Shown: positions 59,247 through 64,000 of the stretch, piece by piece
Layout: each line of letters opens with the position of its first letter
Numbering within the stretch: the first letter of the stretch is position 1
Origin: an uncultured virus (IMG/VR IMGVR_UViG_3300049982_000266)
Taxonomy: Duplodnaviria; Heunggongvirae; Uroviricota; Caudoviricetes
Length of the DNA: 64,000 nt
Direction: 5' to 3' (one strand)
IMG/VR virus record: IMGVR_UViG_3300049982_000266
Program-made: the position numbers and the translations under genes
The notes under the pieces: model-generated
What the model saw: the letters and a program-made list of their open reading frames with translations, nothing else
Database searches by the model: none
Told to the model about the DNA's origin: nothing

Positions 59247-60776
59247 CTAGCAGGCGGTGCCCGCGTACGGGATGCCGCCGAGGTTGCGCTGGTGACCGCT
59301 CGGCTTCGCGAACTGGTTGACGCCGAGCACGAAGTAGGTCTGCACGAACTTGACCATCGCGTCGAGGTTCGCTCCGTAGTCGCCGAGGGCGACCTGCCCC
59401 TGCTCGTTCGTGCCGAACGAGCCGTCGAGCGCCTGCTGCTGCTCGACCTTCGTGCGCTGCGCCGTCACGATCGCCTTAGCCCGGACGGCAGCGGTGCCGC
59501 CGGAGGGCAGGACGAGCGCGGCCGTCAGCGTGTTCGTGAACTCGGCCGGGCCAGCCGGACGGGTCAGGCGCCCGCCGTTGTCGCTGTCGCCGTCCGGGTA
59601 GTAGACGTCGCCGTTCTGCCGGTAGGGCGTGCCGTCGGCGCTGCCGCCGAGGGCGTTGTAGGCGCGCTCCACGCCGTAGAGGGTCATCGGCGAGTGCTGC
59701 GTGCGCACGGCACCGTTGAGCGCCCACGAGGCGTACTGGTGCGGCGTGCGGGTGTAGACCGGGCTGCGGACGTCGTGGTTGCGCACGATGCCGCTGGTCT
59801 CGTTGTTGGAGCCCTTCAGCCACTTGCAGAACGGCACGCCGTTGTAGAGCACCTGCTTCGAGTAGTCGGCCGTGGTCGCGAAGGCGTGGGCGCCCATCGC
59901 GGCCTGGAAGCGCTCGTAGTGGTCGACGTTTGCGGCGTACGCGGTGCCCGGCAGCATCCGGACCGCGACGTTGAGCAGGCGCTCGTGCCACGCCAACTCC
60001 TCGGCGGCCGAGTTCTCCTGCTCGCCGTTGTTGACCACGTTGTTGCCACGGTTCGGCATGACCGCCTGCTGGAGATCCCTGTACCACGCGAGGTCACCGA
60101 GACCGCGCTCCTGAGGGGCAGCGGCCTTGCACACGCCGTTCGGGCAAGGGGTGCGGTCGAGCCCGGTCGTCCAGTGAGCGACGAGCCGGACGGTACGCAG
60201 CACCTTGTCCTGGATGAGCGGGGTGAGGGCGGGCCAGATCGCCCACGCCGCCTCGGCGATCTGCGCCGTGGTCAGCGTCCAGTCCGGCACGGCACAGTCG
60301 GCGTGCGGCGGGACGCCGATCGAGGCGTTGCCACCGGCTGCGGTGTACGGGTACGGGTCGCACGCGAGGCGCGCGTCGTCACCGGCCAGCAGGGCGGTCG
60401 TGAACTTGTCGATCGCCGTGACGGCCTGTGCCTGCCAGGCGCCGTTGACGCTGGTGCCGCCGACGACGCTCGGCATGACCGAGGCGTAGGCGAGCACGAG
60501 CGCGAGGTCGGAGACCCGGCGGCCGTTGCCGTTGAGCGGGCCAGGCAGCGTCGAGCCGGAGCCCGCCGTGATGACCGGCATGAGCCGGGTCGCCATCGCC
60601 TGAAGAGCGATGACCTCCTGCGCGAGCACCGAGTCGGTCGGGGCGGGCGGGGGCGGCGGGACGAAGGGCTGGAGCGTCGGGTCGGCGAGCGCCTGACCGG
60701 GGACGAGCGTGATGCTCAGCGTGGCCGCGAGCAGCGACGCCGTGAGGGTGGCGCCGAGGCGCCTGAGACGGGACAT
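59247..60776 (-). CDS. secreted 509-aa protein of unknown function (moron-like)
   Basis: Sec signal peptide ending ALA; own -10 (TACGGT), RBS and terminator. Confidence 0.8.
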   Translation of the reverse strand: MSRLRRLGATLTASLLAATLSITLVPGQALADPTLQPFVPPPPPAPTDSVLAQEVIALQAMATRLMPVITAGSGSTLPGPLNGNGRRVSDLALVLAYASVMPSVVGGTSVNGAWQAQAVTAIDKFTTALLAGDDARLACDPYPYTAAGGNASIGVPPHADCAVPDWTLTTAQIAEAAWAIWPALTPLIQDKVLRTVRLVAHWTTGLDRTPCPNGVCKAAAPQERGLGDLAWYRDLQQAVMPNRGNNVVNNGEQENSAAEELAWHERLLNVAVRMLPGTAYAANVDHYERFQAAMGAHAFATTADYSKQVLYNGVPFCKWLKGSNNETSGIVRNHDVRSPVYTRTPHQYASWALNGAVRTQHSPMTLYGVERAYNALGGSADGTPYRQNGDVYYPDGDSDNGGRLTRPAGPAEFTNTLTAALVLPSGGTAAVRAKAIVTAQRTKVEQQQALDGSFGTNEQGQVALGDYGANLDAMVKFVQTYFVLGVNQFAKPSGHQRNLGGIPYAGTAC

Positions 60777-60826
60777 ACGGATCTCTCTCCTGTGCGGGGG
60801 TTGGAGGAGAACCGTAAGGCTCGATC

Positions 60827-61034
60827 ATGGCCTGCGTCGCCGCCGGACACGCCGGGGCAACGCAGCGGGCCGTGGCCCCCACGTGGTCCGGGTCGTTGAG
60901 GGAGCGAACCTCTCGCCGGATCTCGCACCATCCCCGGCCAGGAGGGCTCGCGCCGCTTTGCCGGGGTGATGCTCGGACGTGGGGAACCACGACCCGTTGC
61001 GGAAGAGCGTAGCGCGTTGTGCGCAGCGCGCTAC
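60827..61034. ncRNA. candidate structured non-coding RNA
   Basis: Intergenic nested stems: 60877-84/60977-84, 60887-91/60916-20, 60929-38/60960-71, terminal hairpin 61009-61034. Confidence 0.4.
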
Positions 61035-61048
61035 CTCGCAGGGGGCGC

Positions 61049-61660
61049 CTAGGGCAGCAGGTCGTCGACCAGCGGGACGTCGACCGAGCCGATCGGCTCA
61101 CCGGTGAGCGGGTTGACGATCACGACGGTCGGTCGCTCGGGCACCGGGGCCGGGGCGGGCGCCGGACCGGACGGCGGCGGGGCCGAGCCGCCACCCGAGC
61201 CGCCTGTGGCGGGCGCTGAGCCCGTGGAGCCGGTGCCACTACCCGAGCCGCCCGAAGAGCCCGCAGCGGCGCCAGGAGCAGGCGTACCGGCGGCGTCCGG
61301 CATGAGGGCTGACGGCACGATTGGCGCCGCCTCGCCGGGCACCTGCACCCCGGCGTCGCGGAGCGCCTGCTCCAGCGTGAAGATCCGCCGCCCCTGCTCC
61401 TCGACGACGGTCAGCAGGCGCCGGTTGTCCTTCGCCTGGCCGCGAGCGACGTCGAGCGCATCGTCCAGCGCGTCGCCGTTGCGGAGCGCCTGGACGAGCA
61501 CGAGCGCGATGAGCACGCCGAGCACCGTGGCGATCGCGAGCAGCGCGAGTCGCTGAAGCCGCGTCAGCCCCGTGCGCACGGTGACGCTCTGCTGCACCGG
61601 CGCGGCCGGAGAGACCTTCGCGGCGGCGGTCAGCAGCCGCTCACGCTCACTGGCACGCAC
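61049..61660 (-). CDS. membrane protein with coiled coil and Gly/Pro-rich tail (lysis-cassette type)
   Basis: Single TM, coiled coil, low-complexity C-term; start uncertain. Confidence 0.6.
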   Translation of the reverse strand: MRASERERLLTAAAKVSPAAPVQQSVTVRTGLTRLQRLALLAIATVLGVLIALVLVQALRNGDALDDALDVARGQAKDNRRLLTVVEEQGRRIFTLEQALRDAGVQVPGEAAPIVPSALMPDAAGTPAPGAAAGSSGGSGSGTGSTGSAPATGGSGGGSAPPPSGPAPAPAPVPERPTVVIVNPLTGEPIGSVDVPLVDDLLP

Positions 61661-61744
61661 TGAGACCTCCGATGATGACGGACCACGAGGCGGCCCATGC
61701 GGTCACGCGCGGGTAGGAGGTCAGCAGGTACACCGCCACCCCCG

Positions 61745-62047
61745 TCACTTCGACCCCTTCTTCTCGTCGGCGCCGAAGACGAGCGGGGCGCCGGTCAGGG
61801 CGATGCCGAGACCGACGGCGGCGGGCTCGACCTTCGCCGAGATGAAGACCTCGTTGACGATGATCGCCATGCCTGCGATGAAGAGCAGCACGTCGCGCAG
61901 GGTCGCGAAGCCCGTCGGCAGCGGCGTGCGGGTCCGCACCGGCTCGGGCGCCAGAGCAGGAGCCGGGGCGGGGGCCACCGGCTCGGGCGGGGGTGTCGGC
62001 ACGCTCACCACGCGCCGCCGCCGACGCGGAGGAACGGGCGCGGTCAT
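61745..62047 (-). CDS. holin-like two-TM protein
   Basis: LRDVLLFIAGMAIIVNEV...AVGLGIALTGAP; after tail genes. Confidence 0.55.
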   Translation of the reverse strand: MTAPVPPRRRRRVVSVPTPPPEPVAPAPAPALAPEPVRTRTPLPTGFATLRDVLLFIAGMAIIVNEVFISAKVEPAAVGLGIALTGAPLVFGADEKKGSK

Positions 62048-62056
62048 GCCCCGAGG

Positions 62057-62440
62057 CTACGGGGCAGGCGGGCTAGCGTCGCCCTCGGTCACGGGCCGCC
62101 GACTGTCCCTCGCGGGCTTCCCGGCCGCCTTCGCCTCCAGGCGCTCGCGGAGTTCGGAGATCACAGCGACCTGACTGCGCACGACGGCCTGCGACTCGTC
62201 GAAGGCCGAGGAGAGCGCCCTGACGCGCGCGTCGCTCTCGGCGACGGCCCCTCGGTAGGCGGCCTGCTGCTCGTAGAGCGCGGTGAGGAGGTCGGCCTGC
62301 CGGTGCAGCGACTCGGCCAGCGAGGCGCGCAGCCCGCCGACCATCGCTCCGGGGGAGACCTCCAACTGCTCGCCGCCGGGCTGCTCGGGCGCAGCCTCCA
62401 GCGCGGGCTCAGGCGTGGTCTCCGGCGCGGTCTCGGTCAT
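62057..62440 (-). CDS. coiled-coil hypothetical protein
   Basis: From MTETAPETTP. Confidence 0.6.
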   Translation of the reverse strand: MTETAPETTPEPALEAAPEQPGGEQLEVSPGAMVGGLRASLAESLHRQADLLTALYEQQAAYRGAVAESDARVRALSSAFDESQAVVRSQVAVISELRERLEAKAAGKPARDSRRPVTEGDASPPAP

Positions 62441-62736
62441 GCTTCCTCGGGGGTGTAGCGGTAGGGGGTCAGGGGCTCGCCGGGCTCGCCGACGTTGGCG
62501 GTGTAGTGCGCCAGGGCGGCCTTCGTCAGCACGCGCGAGACGCACCGCTGAGCCTCCGGGCTCTTGCGCCCGTCGACTCCCTCCAGTCGTCCGGTGAAGG
62601 TGCACAGGTGCAGGTTGAGCACTCGGCCGCCGGTGTCGGACAGCACGGAGATCACGGCGGCGAAGTTGACGCCGCCGTTGCCGACGTCAGCCCCACAGCG
62701 GTCGCACTCGACAGAGCCGTCAGGTCGTGTGGTCAT
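62437..62736 (-). CDS. hypothetical protein
   Basis: 99 aa, leaderless after TACGCT. Confidence 0.6.
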   Translation of the reverse strand: MTTRPDGSVECDRCGADVGNGGVNFAAVISVLSDTGGRVLNLHLCTFTGRLEGVDGRKSPEAQRCVSRVLTKAALAHYTANVGEPGEPLTPYRYTPEEA

Positions 62737-62755
62737 GACCCGGAGCGTACAGCGG

Positions 62756-64000
62756 CTACGCGGCCCGGCCGGGAGGCACGCGGCTCTCCAGCGTCTCGAT
62801 CCGAGCGAAGGCGTCCTGAAGCGCGGCGACCGAGGTCGACAGGAGCGCGTACAGGTCGATCCCGAGCGAGCCGTCGGAGTCGATCGTGGTGACGATGACG
62901 TCGGCGATGTCGGCGGGCAGGGCAGCGCGGGCTTCCTGCGCCACGACGCCTCGCCCCCGACGCAGGTTCGTGACGTCCCGCGCCTTGACGTTGCGCGTGG
63001 CCCGCAGCGAAGTGGAGCCCTCGACGTCGGCCTCGCCAGGGCTGTCGGCGAGGCCGGGCGTGACCTGCTTCAGTTCGTAGTCCCGGACCCGCAGAGCCTT
63101 GATCGCGGTGACGGCCGACGAGGTCTCGGTGTCCTGCACGCCGCTCTTCATCCGCTCGTCCGAGCCGGTGATGTGCGCCGATGCGACCGAGCGGATGTAG
63201 GCGCCACCCGCCCAGTTGATGATCTGCATGTTGTCCCACGTGCCGTCCCAGTTGTAGCGGATGGCACCGCCTCGACCACCGGCGGGCGGGGTCATGAGGC
63301 GCAGCAGAGTGCTGAAGGCGTTGTTGGCCGAGCCGACCAACTCCACGTAGTCGCCGCCGGTCATGAGGGTGTGGGCGCTGCTCGTGACGCGGTTGTACCA
63401 CGAGACCGAGGACGTCATCTGCACGGTGCCGCTCTGCGTGATCGCGATGGCGGTGTTGTTGCCGCGCGCGTACATGACGACGTCGTTCGAGTTGATGATG
63501 ACCGAGGCGCCGTAGGTGTCGCGCACGTTGAGGCTGATGCCGTCCGGGCGGATGTTGACCTTCGACGGGCCGGGGCTTCCGACGGACGAGAAGGTGTCGC
63601 CGGAGTAGGCGCCGCTGAAGAGGTCGAGGGTGCTGCTGCCGATGCCGCCGACCGTCGTGTAGGTCGCGTGGATGCTGGCGGGCTGGTGCGTCAGCGAGTT
63701 CGTGTGCAGGGTCATGCCCGCGTGCCCGGTCGGCGGGCTCTTCCACAGGGTGATGCCGATGCCGCTGGTCGGCGTGGTGCGCGTCGAGACGTCGGACGCC
63801 TGCACGATGCCTGCGAAGCGCGCGCTGCCGGTGTTGGAGATGAAGACGGTCTCGACGCTGCCGCTGTAGGCGTGCAGCCCGGTCGCGTTGAGTTCCACGC
63901 GCGAGCCGGTGTCGGCGGTCTTGATGCGGGCGCCGATGAGAACGTCGGCGTCGAGCGTCCCGGCGGTCAACTTCCCGACGTTGAGGCTGCCGATCTTCGC
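62756..64000 (-). CDS. phage tail fibre/minor tail protein with C-terminal peptidase S74 chaperone (5' end outside window)
   Basis: KLTAGTL...ARIKTADTGSRVELN beta repeats; SDERMK...GVVAQE...IDLYALL...ALQD coiled coil. Confidence 0.85.
   Translation of the reverse strand, partial: AKIGSLNVGKLTAGTLDADVLIGARIKTADTGSRVELNATGLHAYSGSVETVFISNTGSARFAGIVQASDVSTRTTPTSGIGITLWKSPPTGHAGMTLHTNSLTHQPASIHATYTTVGGIGSSTLDLFSGAYSGDTFSSVGSPGPSKVNIRPDGISLNVRDTYGASVIINSNDVVMYARGNNTAIAITQSGTVQMTSSVSWYNRVTSSAHTLMTGGDYVELVGSANNAFSTLLRLMTPPAGGRGGAIRYNWDGTWDNMQIINWAGGAYIRSVASAHITGSDERMKSGVQDTETSSAVTAIKALRVRDYELKQVTPGLADSPGEADVEGSTSLRATRNVKARDVTNLRRGRGVVAQEARAALPADIADVIVTTIDSDGSLGIDLYALLSTSVAALQDAFARIETLESRVPPGRAA

Larger units (their letters stand above)
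1..64000 (-). mobile_element. Large actinophage / phage-plasmid segment carrying both virion genes and a conjugation operon
   Basis: Tail fibre with S74-like chaperone, TerS-like gene, RecT, WhiB, RepA-like, HNHs, dense co-oriented small ORFs with overlapping start/stop codons, VirB4/TcpE/FtsK operon; no host core genes; ends not in window. Confidence 0.85.

Noticed and set aside
1..64000. tRNA, rRNA, integrase, transposase, relaxase, reverse transcriptase
   Set aside because: None recognisable by eye; short or divergent ones could have been missed

Overview
Very high-GC actinobacterial mobile element. No host housekeeping genes are visible, so this looks like part of a large (>64 kb) phage or phage-plasmid. 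Essentially every gene is on the minus strand. Read in the direction of transcription (right to left) it carries: the end of a virion module (tail-fibre protein with a peptidase-S74-type chaperone, holin-like membrane genes); a secreted moron protein; a recombination/replication block (RecT-like, UvrD-like SF1 helicase, PD-(D/E)XK exonuclease, WhiB, GIY-YIG, HNHs, RepA-like initiator, helicase loader/inhibitor); a Gram-positive Tcp/Tn916-type conjugation operon (TcpD-, TcpE-, VirB4-, VirB6-like, M23 hydrolase) plus an unusual HNH-TM-FtsK coupling-protein fusion; and about 40 kb of short early-type genes, including a TerS-like gene, an AAA+ ATPase, a papain-like protease and many Zn-finger microproteins. 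The most striking non-coding signal is a dispersed regulatory module in about 23 copies. It consists of an asymmetric GCTAAG-N5-GTACG box (often containing the stop codon of the upstream gene), an extended -10 (TGnTACnGT), then either a leaderless start or a 5'-leader hairpin with variable compensating stems and a conserved G(A/G)GCGA loop, followed by a CAGGAG RBS. The same leader hairpin heads the conjugation operon, suggesting a single co-regulated 'conjugative phage'. Product calls come from motif recognition by eye; no database search was run.
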